DNA of 32,091 nucleotides from Armatimonadota bacterium (lineage in GTDB: Bacteria; Armatimonadota; Zipacnadia; Zipacnadales; UBA5352): the NCBI GenBank assembly GCA_034722055.1, contig JAYENL010000178.1, positions 1 through 32,091 on the forward strand. The letters are read 5' to 3'. The position numbers and the translations under genes are program-made. Shown piece after piece: positions 18,762 through 26,904 of the stretch (positions are counted from its first letter, which is position 1; each line of letters opens with the position of its first letter). The notes beneath the pieces are model-generated. The model worked only from the letters and a program-made list of their open reading frames with translations. It did not search any database and was not told the DNA's origin.

Positions 18762-21215
18762 TCAGTTCTTCGGCGGATTCCAGGCCACCGCCGCCAGCGT
18801 CTCCAGCCCCGCCCACTTGCTGCCCCAGCTCGTGTACAGCAGGCCCATGCAGTCGAGCCCCTTGCGCCTGGCCTCGCCCGCCACCACGCCCCAGTTGTGG
18901 CAGCAGGTGGCGTTGTCCCACGGCGAGCCGGTGACCGTGAAGCCGTAGCGGTGGAAGTGCTCGAAGCTCTGCCGGCCGCGGTCAAGCGGCTGCGTCGCGC
19001 CGTAGAACCACACGTTCTGGATGACATCCTTCGGGACCAGGTTCAGCTCGCCTTGGTGCTCGCCGCGGAACCAGGTCCCGTTGTGGTAGGGGTTCAGCGC
19101 ATCCGCCCACATCATCAGCCGCACGTCGGGGTCGATGGAGTGCGCGAAGTCGTTGAGCTTTCGGATGTCCTCGGCCAGGAGCTGCCCGCCGGTCATGTCC
19201 CGCTTCAGGCAGCGGCTGTCGCTGTTCACGATCCTCGGCTCATCGTGCCCGATATGCACGTAGACGGGCTGCAGGTAGCTGATCGTCCTCTCAAGCGCCG
19301 GGAACATGATCTGGTAGACCGCCGGCTCCGACGGGCAGTAGGGGATGTTCCCAGAGCCCATCTTCACCGCGTAGTCGTAGCTGGCGAGGACTCTCGCCCC
19401 GTCCGCGATCCTCCCTCCCTCGATCCGCCGGACCTGGAACGGCTCCGCGTCCGGCTCGTAGGGGAAGCTCAGCTCGCCCTCGATGACCTCGTAGTCGCGG
19501 CCCTCCTGGTAGGTGGTCTGCCCATCGGCGCTGGTAATCACGATGTCGGTGGCCTCGGTGCGCAGCACGTTGTTGTGCTCCAGCGCCACGGGATCGGTGC
19601 CGCGCAGCACCAGCTCCTCGTCCCGCTGCCACGCGCCCTCGACTACGTTGGGGTTGCGCGAGAGCTGATTGCCGGCGTGGCCGAGGCTCTGCAGCTCCGG
19701 AATCGGCTCCACGCCCCACTCGCGCAGGACCCTGAACACCTCCTCGGCCCGCTGGCGGTTGTCGCCCTCGTCGAGCGCGAACCACCCGCCCCACTCCATG
19801 ACCAGCGCGTTCATCTTCAGCCGCGCCAGCCGCCGGCCCCAGCGCCCGGCGTCCTCGGCATCGGACGGTATGCCGCCGCGGTAGGTGCCGCGGAAGGGCA
19901 TCGCCGGCCAGTCCTCGATGTCGCAGGCCGGCACCATGCCCTGGCCCGCCTCCGCCAGGTCCAGCAGCGTCATCAGGCCCCACAGCGCGCCCCGCTCGGT
20001 CGGGGCGGTGATGACGATTCCGTCGCTGTCCACCGTCAGCCGGTAGCGCTCCTCCTCCGGCCAGGCCACGGCCTCGCCGGCGACGCGGACCTCGATCCGC
20101 TCCGCGCGCGGCGGCCCTTCAGCCGCCTCCGGCAGCTCCTGTAGCGTCTCGGCCACCAGGGCGGCGCCCCTCGCCAGCAGCCCCTCGTCGGCACCCGAGA
20201 CCCCCGGGGCGGCCCCACCCACCGCCACGCCCTCTGACAGCGCTCCCAGCCGCATCCGCTGCGGCGGAATCGGCAGGCTGATCTTCCCGACCGTCACGTT
20301 GTCCACCAGCGCCGTCCCCCGCCCTTCCGCGGACACACGCACGCGCAGTCGGGCGTCCGCCGGCGCTCTGAAGTTCATCCTCACCGGCGCCCAGCCGCCG
20401 GCCTCGTCCTCCGTCGAGCGGGTCGCCGAGGCCAACGTGTCGCCCGAGACCTCGTCGATCACCGACAGATCGACGGCGCTCTCCCCGGTCATCTGCCGCA
20501 GGTTCACCTCCGCCGACAGCGTGGCCAGCCGGTCGCCCCGGCCGGGAAGAGGCCTGCTCTGCGCCACCACGCCCTCCCGCGGATGCAGCGCCAGCGCCCG
20601 ATGCCCGAACTGGGGGCTGGGCCCCTCCAGGTGCGCCGTGTGCGTCAGGTTCGCGCCCAGAGCTGAGTCCTCGATGCCGTAGACCTCCGCGTAGGCGCTG
20701 CCGTCCAGGTCCTCGCTCCTCGCCCACACCTCCAGCCGGTAATCCGTGTTGGGCTCGCAGGCCACGTTCTGGTAGATTCGCCGGTGCCCCGCCGCCTGCG
20801 TCTTCGTAATGCGCGCCGAGGCCCGTCCCGCGATGGCACGCTGACCGTCCCAGAAGATCGTCTCGCCGACATCATCCTGGGCCCAGCCCACCAGGCGGTT
20901 CCCCTCCGCCTCCTCGAAGCCGGCGTTGCGCACCTGCAGGCCGGATATCTGCACCTCGTCGAACCACACGGTCCCGGTTCCGTGCTGGATGCGCAGGTAG
21001 ACCTGCAGTGTGCTGTACTCCCGGCTGTTGAACTCCGTGGAGAGCCGCTGCAGCCCGCCGAGACCCCGTATCGCGATCCAGCCACCGTCCTCTTCGACGC
21101 GCCAGCCGCTGTCCTGGGGCCGTCGCGCCTCCTCGAAGTCCTCCGCAAGCCAGGGCGCCGCACAGACGGCCCCGGCGAGGCTGAGCATGAGGATTGCGGT
21201 GATCGCGTGACGCAT
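18762..21215 (-). CDS. Secreted GH20-like beta-N-acetylhexosaminidase with N-terminal CBM4/9-like modules, about 817 aa
   Basis: Signal peptide, GH20 domain 2 (EERYRLTV...GALWGLMTL), IEDWPAMPFRG, LKMN, IPELQSLGH, catalytic HIGHDE and MMWAD. Alternative start 21242. Confidence 0.85.
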   Translation of the reverse strand: MRHAITAILMLSLAGAVCAAPWLAEDFEEARRPQDSGWRVEEDGGWIAIRGLGGLQRLSTEFNSREYSTLQVYLRIQHGTGTVWFDEVQISGLQVRNAGFEEAEGNRLVGWAQDDVGETIFWDGQRAIAGRASARITKTQAAGHRRIYQNVACEPNTDYRLEVWARSEDLDGSAYAEVYGIEDSALGANLTHTAHLEGPSPQFGHRALALHPREGVVAQSRPLPGRGDRLATLSAEVNLRQMTGESAVDLSVIDEVSGDTLASATRSTEDEAGGWAPVRMNFRAPADARLRVRVSAEGRGTALVDNVTVGKISLPIPPQRMRLGALSEGVAVGGAAPGVSGADEGLLARGAALVAETLQELPEAAEGPPRAERIEVRVAGEAVAWPEEERYRLTVDSDGIVITAPTERGALWGLMTLLDLAEAGQGMVPACDIEDWPAMPFRGTYRGGIPSDAEDAGRWGRRLARLKMNALVMEWGGWFALDEGDNRQRAEEVFRVLREWGVEPIPELQSLGHAGNQLSRNPNVVEGAWQRDEELVLRGTDPVALEHNNVLRTEATDIVITSADGQTTYQEGRDYEVIEGELSFPYEPDAEPFQVRRIEGGRIADGARVLASYDYAVKMGSGNIPYCPSEPAVYQIMFPALERTISYLQPVYVHIGHDEPRIVNSDSRCLKRDMTGGQLLAEDIRKLNDFAHSIDPDVRLMMWADALNPYHNGTWFRGEHQGELNLVPKDVIQNVWFYGATQPLDRGRQSFEHFHRYGFTVTGSPWDNATCCHNWGVVAGEARRKGLDCMGLLYTSWGSKWAGLETLAAVAWNPPKN

Positions 21216-21299
21216 CGGAATCACTCCCGAAATGAGGGTCATAAACGGTCAGTGCCCGTCTCACAATGCCGCGTGGAGTCACATAGGGCCGTCTGCTCG

Positions 21300-21535
21300 T
21301 GTTGGCGGGCATCCTTGGCCGGCATCCATTATCGGGTAGGTCGGGCATCCTTGCCCGACAGAGCCGTTGCTCAGCTTCCATCACGGCCCGCCCTGCTAAG
21401 TAGCGCGGGCGCCCCCGCCTGCGCGCCGTTTAGGCCCTCGGTAGAGCCACGTCGCGGGCCGGGGTGGAACCTTCGGCCTGTTCGCGACGCTCACAGGCCT
21501 CACCGGGCGCTGGGCGCCCGGCGGCCCCTCCATCA
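21300..21535. repeat. REP cluster with GTAG-led palindromes
   Basis: GTAG-GTCGGGCA-TCCT-TGCCCGAC (21336-21359) with a degenerate copy at 21301-21323, GTAG-CGCGGGCG-CCCC-CGCCTGCG (21400-21423), and ATGGAGGGGCC-led palindrome on minus (21503-21533). Confidence 0.75.
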
Positions 21536-21675
21536 GGCACGCCCTGGTCTCTAACGCAACCAAGCCCCGAGCGTGCTCTTCGTCACCATGCGCCGGATTG
21601 GGCAAGTCACCACTGGGCAGAGGCCTGCCGTGCGGTGCCGTGCAAGATCTGCCCCGGCCCGCGCGACTGGCCGCG

Positions 21676-22851
21676 CTACCAACCCGCCTGGATGGCCGGC
21701 TGCAGCGGCGCCGGCGCGGGGGCCTGCTCGCCCACGGTCTCCATGGCCGCCGCCCACAGGTACAGGCAGGTGTAGAACGCCGTCCGCACGTATGCTCCGA
21801 AGGCCGCCACCAGCACGAACACCAGCACCGCGATGCCGATGCCGACCAGCAGCAGCGCCGGGCTGAGCAGGTACATCGCCAGCGCCATCCCGACCCCCAG
21901 GGCAATCACGACGAAGCTGATGATCTGCGTCGCCACCATCAGGCCCAGCTCGCCGATCACGATCTGCAGCAGGTTGTGGCGGTGCAGGCTCTGGGCGCGG
22001 TCCACGGCTCGCATGAAGGGACTGTCCTCCAGGATCATCACCGGCAGCAGCAGGTAGGTGATCGCCAGCCAGCTCCGCTCCATGGCATCCGCGGCCATGT
22101 CGCGAAGCCCCCGCCGGCTCCGCCCGCGTATGGCCGAGGCGATGGCGTTGACGACCAGGGAGGCGATGGCCAGCGCGATGATCCCCCCGATGTTCTTGAG
22201 GCTGTCCGCGAACGCCGAGCCGAGCTGCGCATCCTCGCCCCGGAGGTGCACGTCCACGAGATGCACCGTCATCCCCGTGAAGAAGTAGGTCACCAGGTAG
22301 CCCACGAAGGAGCCGCCGATGATGACCACCCAGCCGATGACGCTGAGAGCGCCCTCACCGTCACCATCTCCCAGCAGGGCCTGCAGGTTGCCCGTCAGGT
22401 GTAGTATCAGTGCCAGGCCCCCCAGGAGCACGATGTTCGCCAGCACTGAGAACAGCGAGGGCAGGAAGAGGTCCTTGTCGCGCGTCGCCATCAGCAGGGA
22501 CTCGCGCAGGAAGGCCCAACTGCGCGAGAGGGCATCGAAGAAGCCCCCGCCGCCTGCGACCTGGTCGGGATGCCACGCCCGGCGGCCGGTATCGTAGCTG
22601 ACCGGCGCCTCGGCTTCCTCCGGCTCCTCCGCCTCACTCGGCCACGCCGTCTCGGGCGCCGCTTGAGGCTGCGCCGACTGCCTGGGCGGCATCTCCGGCT
22701 CGGCGGCCCCGGCTCGGCCCGCCCCCTCCGCGGCCTCCCCCACCAGTCGGCCCTCATCCAGCCGCGCCCCGCAGGAGAGGCACTGGTGGTCACCCTTGTA
22801 GATCCTCGCGCCGCAGGCGGGGCAGGTCAGCTCCTTCTCATCCGAGCCCAT
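21676..22851 (-). CDS. Membrane protein with N-terminal zinc ribbon and DUF6159-like TM domain, 391 aa
   Basis: CPACG...CLSCG, an Ala/Glu/Pro-rich linker, then about six TM helices with RDKDLFLPSLFS and LPVMILED. GGAGG RBS. Confidence 0.7.
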   Translation of the reverse strand: MGSDEKELTCPACGARIYKGDHQCLSCGARLDEGRLVGEAAEGAGRAGAAEPEMPPRQSAQPQAAPETAWPSEAEEPEEAEAPVSYDTGRRAWHPDQVAGGGGFFDALSRSWAFLRESLLMATRDKDLFLPSLFSVLANIVLLGGLALILHLTGNLQALLGDGDGEGALSVIGWVVIIGGSFVGYLVTYFFTGMTVHLVDVHLRGEDAQLGSAFADSLKNIGGIIALAIASLVVNAIASAIRGRSRRGLRDMAADAMERSWLAITYLLLPVMILEDSPFMRAVDRAQSLHRHNLLQIVIGELGLMVATQIISFVVIALGVGMALAMYLLSPALLLVGIGIAVLVFVLVAAFGAYVRTAFYTCLYLWAAAMETVGEQAPAPAPLQPAIQAGW

Positions 22852-23007
22852 CGCGTGCCCTCCATGATGCCTTGCTGTCGGTCCAGAGGCGACCGCAGAG
22901 AGCTTCTCCGAGGTCCGGGACTTCTCCTTCGGCAGCGCATCGACCTCAGCCCCATGGGCCCGGTCTGCGAGGGCCAGCGCCATCGCGGGCTCTCGGGGGC
23001 GGTACAG

Positions 23008-23040
23008 AAAAAGGCCGGCGACCTTCTTGGGCCGCCGGCC
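23008..23040 (-). terminator. Intrinsic terminator of the mini-GyrA-CTD gene
   Basis: Minus strand reads GGCCGGCGGCC-CAAGAA-GGTCGCCGGCC-TTTTT, 23 nt after the stop codon. Confidence 0.85.
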
Positions 23041-23063
23041 GCAGAGAAGCGCGTCTCGACCGG

Positions 23064-23369
23064 TTACACGGCCGCATCGACCACCGTGTCGCCTTCCGCG
23101 AGGTTAACCAGCTTGACGCCGCCGGCGGTTCGGCTGCGCTCAGAGATGTCGTCAACGGGCGTCATGATGGCCTTGCCCTGGGCCGTGTAGACGAGGACCT
23201 TCTCATCCTGTTCGGTCTTGACGTGGACAACCGCCACGACGGGCCCGCTGTCATCGGTGACCTTGTACCCGGTGACGCCGCCGCCGCCGCGCTTCTGCGA
23301 CCTGAACTCATCCGGGGACACCAGCTTCCCGTATCCATTCTCGGTGAGCACCAGTGCCATGCTTGCCAT
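23064..23369 (-). CDS. Stand-alone DNA gyrase A C-terminal beta-pinwheel repeat protein (two blades), 101 aa
   Basis: Blade 1 is LVLTENGYGK...EFRSQKRGGGGV...VVAV and blade 2 is VLVYTAQGKAI...ISERSRTAGGVKLVNLAEGDTVV. GGAGG RBS lies 8 nt upstream of ATG 23369. An in-frame TAA at 23388-23390 excludes a longer ORF. Confidence 0.85.
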   Translation of the reverse strand: MASMALVLTENGYGKLVSPDEFRSQKRGGGGVTGYKVTDDSGPVVAVVHVKTEQDEKVLVYTAQGKAIMTPVDDISERSRTAGGVKLVNLAEGDTVVDAAV

Positions 23370-23414
23370 TGTATCTGCCTCCATGTCTTAGGTGATGCGT
23401 GTTGTACTGCCGCC

Positions 23415-23443
23415 ACTGTAACCGAAATCGCCTCTCAGCGCAA
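23415..23443 (-). promoter_or_regulatory. Sigma70-type promoter for the mini-GyrA-CTD gene
   Basis: TTGCGC (-35, 23443-23438), a 17-nt spacer and TACAGT (-10, 23420-23415) in a relatively AT-rich patch. Confidence 0.6.
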
Positions 23444-23477
23444 GTCGAATCCCGCCTCATATGCCCGATTCTGGCCC

Positions 23478-26400
23478 TCAGCGGCCCTCAGAGAGCCCTA
23501 CGACCGTCAGCCCGTCGGCCTCCAGCCGCACCTCGAAGGTGCCGTCGCCAGCCAGTTCGAGGCCCTCTCCCGTGAGCACCTCCGTCAGCCTGGGCGACTG
23601 CAGGTCCAGCGCCGCCGCATCAACGGTCACCGTGGCTGCCACCGCCTCATCGGAGTCGTTGAAGGCCGTGAGGTAGACGTCACCCTCGTCGCCGGGCCCG
23701 AAGCGCTCCACGTTGACCCGCGCATCGCTGCTGCGGGCGTGCGTCACAGGCTCCCAGCCGGCCTCGCTGAGCCTCGCGCACACCGGGATGTACTTCAGGA
23801 ACACCTCCCGGTCGCGGTTGTACAGCGCCGGCCGCCGCCAGTAGGGGTCGTCCGCCGCGTTGTGTGAGAAGAAGCTGGGGAAGATGCCCCAGGCCACCGA
23901 ACGCTTGAAGTAACGCTCCACCAGCTCCGGCGGGAATTCGGCGTAGATGGTGTTCTGCAGCAGCAGATAGGGTCGCTGATAGCACATCGCCCGGCGGTAG
24001 CTCAGGGCCGCGCTGGACATCGGGCTGTACTCGCCGCCGGGGTTCCAGTTCGTCTCAATGCCCATCACGTCGCACCACGCGGCCAGCCACGGGAAGCGCG
24101 CCGGGGTGCTGTTGGCCATCAGCAGCCGCCCCTGCTGGTGGAGCTGCTCCGCGAGCCCGCGGGCGAACTCCACGGCGTTGAAGATGGTGAGCTGGCAGAC
24201 GCTGCCGTCGCGGGTGAAGGTCAGGGGCGCGGCCGCGTCCCGCCAGTGCTCGCGCCGGAAGTTGGGCGTGGTGGCCCCCATCTCCGAGGAGTCGATGTAG
24301 ATCCCATCCAGCTCCCCCGGCTCCTGCGGCTCGAATCCCGGGTTGCGCAGCAGGTTCTCATCGCTGCCCTCCTCGCGGACCTCGAGGTCATCGAAGAGCA
24401 CGCTCCCCGTCACCTCGCCGCGGAACATGGCGTAGACCGCCGCCGTGGCCACCGGCTTTGCCGGCTCGATACGCACCTCCGCCCCCTGCCACCCCTCCGT
24501 GCCGGCGTCGAAGGCGGCCCGCTGACCCCACAGATGATCCCCGTCGGCGTAGGTAATATCCACGTAGAGGCACCACTCATTCCCCGGATCGCCGTCCAGC
24601 CGCTGCGCGCGGCTCCAGCCGGACACCAGCAGCGCTCGAGGCTCCTGCTGATCGATGCTGATCGTCTGCGCGGCTCCATGCGGGCCCGGCTCGCGGGCCT
24701 CGGCGCGGATGGCTGCGCTGCCGCCCCTTCCTGCTCCCGGCGCCAGCTCGTAGGCCCCGTAGGGCCCCCAGCCCGCGAGCTTCGCGGCGTGCTCGAACGC
24801 CCGCCACACCTGGCGCCCCACGAAGCGCGCGCGGGTGAGCTGATCCGGCTGATCTGCCATCAGATGGGGGGAGGGGTTGAGGATGAACAGGGCCCCGTCG
24901 CACCACGGGGCCTTCCGCAGGTGCAGGATCATCCGTCCCGCCGGGTCGTATGCGGCCGAGGTCAGGGCGGCAGTATCCGCCTCGTGGCCCTCCTCGCCGC
25001 GCTGGCGGAGCAGCTTCACGGCCTCCTCCCGCTCCCGCGGCATCTCCGGGGGCATGTGCAGCCAGTAGCCGTTCGGCTCGCAGTAGACGAAGCTGTAGAT
25101 CCCCGCCTCATCGTCGAAGGCCACGTTGTTGTTCCCCTCGTGGAAGGCGAAGCCGAAGTCCTCCCAGCCCTGGACCGTGCTGACGTCGGTGAAGGGCATC
25201 CAGATGCCCTCGCGGTCGCTGCGCTTCGTGAAGCGCTCCGGATGCAGGGCGTAGTAGCGCCGCAGCGCATCCCGGAAGCCCCACTCGGGATCGACGGGAT
25301 ACACCTCCAGCGCGAACTCCGCCGAGGACGGGAAGCGCTCCGGCTCCGGCGCCAGCCCCAGGTGCATCGCGGCGTACAGCTCGCGGCTGGCGGCGTCGTA
25401 GGCCAGCTCCGCGATGACCGGCGCGTCCAGCGGAATCGCCACTACCGCGCCGGCCTCCTGAGTGGTCACGCAGGCCAGGGGATACCGCGAGGCCATGGCG
25501 TTCGGTCCCGCCCCGCAGGAGGTCACATTCTGGTAGGTCATGCCCGGCTCGATCTCCCGTGACGCCCGCTGGTCGTCCCACCACACTCCGCCTACTGCGT
25601 CCACGGGGATCGCCAGGTAGAGGCTGATGGCCCGGTCCTCGCCCCTCAGGTCTCGCACCCGGCCGCTCACGGCGATGCGATCGCCCCGCGGCGAGAAGCG
25701 CGCCTCAAGCTCCAGCCCCAGCTCCTCGTCGCGGGCCGCCAGCAGGGCGTCACCGCCCTCGCGCTGCACTCCTGCCCGCGGCTGGCGGAAGTCCGAGCCC
25801 GCGGCCACATCGCGCCAGAAGATGCCGGAGGCCGCGCCGTCGCCAGCCACCAGCGCGCCCGTCTTCGCGTCCAGGCGCAGCGTCAGCGCGCCGGCGCTGA
25901 GCGCCAGCGGCTCCGGGGCCTCCAGGGCCGGGCGCTGCAGGCGTACCGGCACTCCGTTGAAGGTGCTGACCCCCTCCGGCATGGTCAGCTCCACCACCCG
26001 GAAGTCGTCGAACCACGCCGTGCCGGTCTTGCCGCGGAACAGGCCATAGACCAGGAGCGTGCGTATGGGCTTGATGGGCGCGATCGGCAGCGTGCGCTGC
26101 TGCCAGTCGTGCGTGCCGCACTCGAAGGGGGCGTTCTGCCCCCAGAGGTTGGAGCCGTCCATGAACTCGATATCCACCCACAGCGAGTAGCCGCCCGTGG
26201 GCGTACCGCTGACATCCTCCGCCCGGCTCCACACCTCCGCCACCACCGGCGCGGCGCGCTCCTGGTTCAGCGCCATCTCGAAGAAGATGCCATGCTGCAC
26301 CTCCGGATCGTCGGCGCTGGCACGCGCCGACCGCCGGCCGCCCCGATGCACCCGGTCGTCGATCTCGTAGCCCGCCTGCCAGGCGCCGGCCCCCACCACC

Positions 26401-26552
26401 TCCCCCTCCCGCACGTCCTCCAGGCCGGGGTTCTCCACCAGGTTCCGGCCCTCGCCGGCCTCAGCATCGAGCGCCGGCTTGAGCACCACTGCCGCCCCCA
26501 GCGCCGGAACGGCTGCGAGCAGAAGCACGGCCAATGTCACGCCTATGCGCAT
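23478..26552 (-). CDS. Large secreted putative glycoside hydrolase with two homologous CBM4/9-like modules, 1024 aa
   Basis: Signal peptide MRIGVTLAVLLLAAVPALG, N-terminal CBM (NLVENPGLE...GTAWFDDF), beta-sandwich region, TIM-barrel-like core with YSFVYCEP, LDGIYIDS, LMANS and DVMGIE, and a C-terminal beta domain. GGAGG RBS. Confidence 0.7.
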   Translation of the reverse strand: MRIGVTLAVLLLAAVPALGAAVVLKPALDAEAGEGRNLVENPGLEDVREGEVVGAGAWQAGYEIDDRVHRGGRRSARASADDPEVQHGIFFEMALNQERAAPVVAEVWSRAEDVSGTPTGGYSLWVDIEFMDGSNLWGQNAPFECGTHDWQQRTLPIAPIKPIRTLLVYGLFRGKTGTAWFDDFRVVELTMPEGVSTFNGVPVRLQRPALEAPEPLALSAGALTLRLDAKTGALVAGDGAASGIFWRDVAAGSDFRQPRAGVQREGGDALLAARDEELGLELEARFSPRGDRIAVSGRVRDLRGEDRAISLYLAIPVDAVGGVWWDDQRASREIEPGMTYQNVTSCGAGPNAMASRYPLACVTTQEAGAVVAIPLDAPVIAELAYDAASRELYAAMHLGLAPEPERFPSSAEFALEVYPVDPEWGFRDALRRYYALHPERFTKRSDREGIWMPFTDVSTVQGWEDFGFAFHEGNNNVAFDDEAGIYSFVYCEPNGYWLHMPPEMPREREEAVKLLRQRGEEGHEADTAALTSAAYDPAGRMILHLRKAPWCDGALFILNPSPHLMADQPDQLTRARFVGRQVWRAFEHAAKLAGWGPYGAYELAPGAGRGGSAAIRAEAREPGPHGAAQTISIDQQEPRALLVSGWSRAQRLDGDPGNEWCLYVDITYADGDHLWGQRAAFDAGTEGWQGAEVRIEPAKPVATAAVYAMFRGEVTGSVLFDDLEVREEGSDENLLRNPGFEPQEPGELDGIYIDSSEMGATTPNFRREHWRDAAAPLTFTRDGSVCQLTIFNAVEFARGLAEQLHQQGRLLMANSTPARFPWLAAWCDVMGIETNWNPGGEYSPMSSAALSYRRAMCYQRPYLLLQNTIYAEFPPELVERYFKRSVAWGIFPSFFSHNAADDPYWRRPALYNRDREVFLKYIPVCARLSEAGWEPVTHARSSDARVNVERFGPGDEGDVYLTAFNDSDEAVAATVTVDAAALDLQSPRLTEVLTGEGLELAGDGTFEVRLEADGLTVVGLSEGR

Positions 26553-26904
26553 CTCATTCGCCTCCGTGTTAGCATCGGCTGCAGCGCCCGTCACGGCGCA
26601 TTTCTCGGAGGGCGCGATTCGTCCTGCGACGGCGGCGTGGAATCTGCGCCGAGGCACGCGTCCCAGTACATGACCGATGAACCATCAGCCCCGGCTTGTC
26701 GTCGGTAAGTCAATACTCACCTTTCTTGCCCAGCGGGGAGGTGCCGGTGCATCCGCCGGCGAATATACCCCCTGCCATCATCGGGCCGGCGCGGTCACTG
26801 GGCAAGCCGTCCGGGATCCAACGTTGGCCCGCTCTTATGTCGCGGTGGAGACCATGTCAGTCCAGGGGGAAGCGGTCTCCGCTCCTCGATCGGAGTTGAC
26901 GCCC

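Noticed and set aside
18606..20144. 512-aa plus-strand ORF and similar overlapping ORFs (14344-15330, 16388-17380, 24138-25562, 26857-27957, 28736-30010)
   Set aside because: All lie antisense to genes with clear family motifs and have no independent coding signal.
21396..21675. Small ORFs in the region between the GH20 and DUF6159-like genes
   Set aside because: The region is largely REP-like palindromes, and the translations are low-complexity with no RBS or motif.
23064..23384. Calling this gene gyrA or a gyrA pseudogene
   Set aside because: There is no breakage-reunion domain or upstream gyrA remnant, an in-frame stop lies just upstream, and the expression signals are intact.
26731..26800. 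TPP or c-di-GMP riboswitch
   Set aside because: GGGG..GTGCC...ATACCC is superficially TPP-like, but the conserved CUGAGA and ACCUGAU elements are absent, as are the GEMM GGCAAA/GCAAAG motifs.
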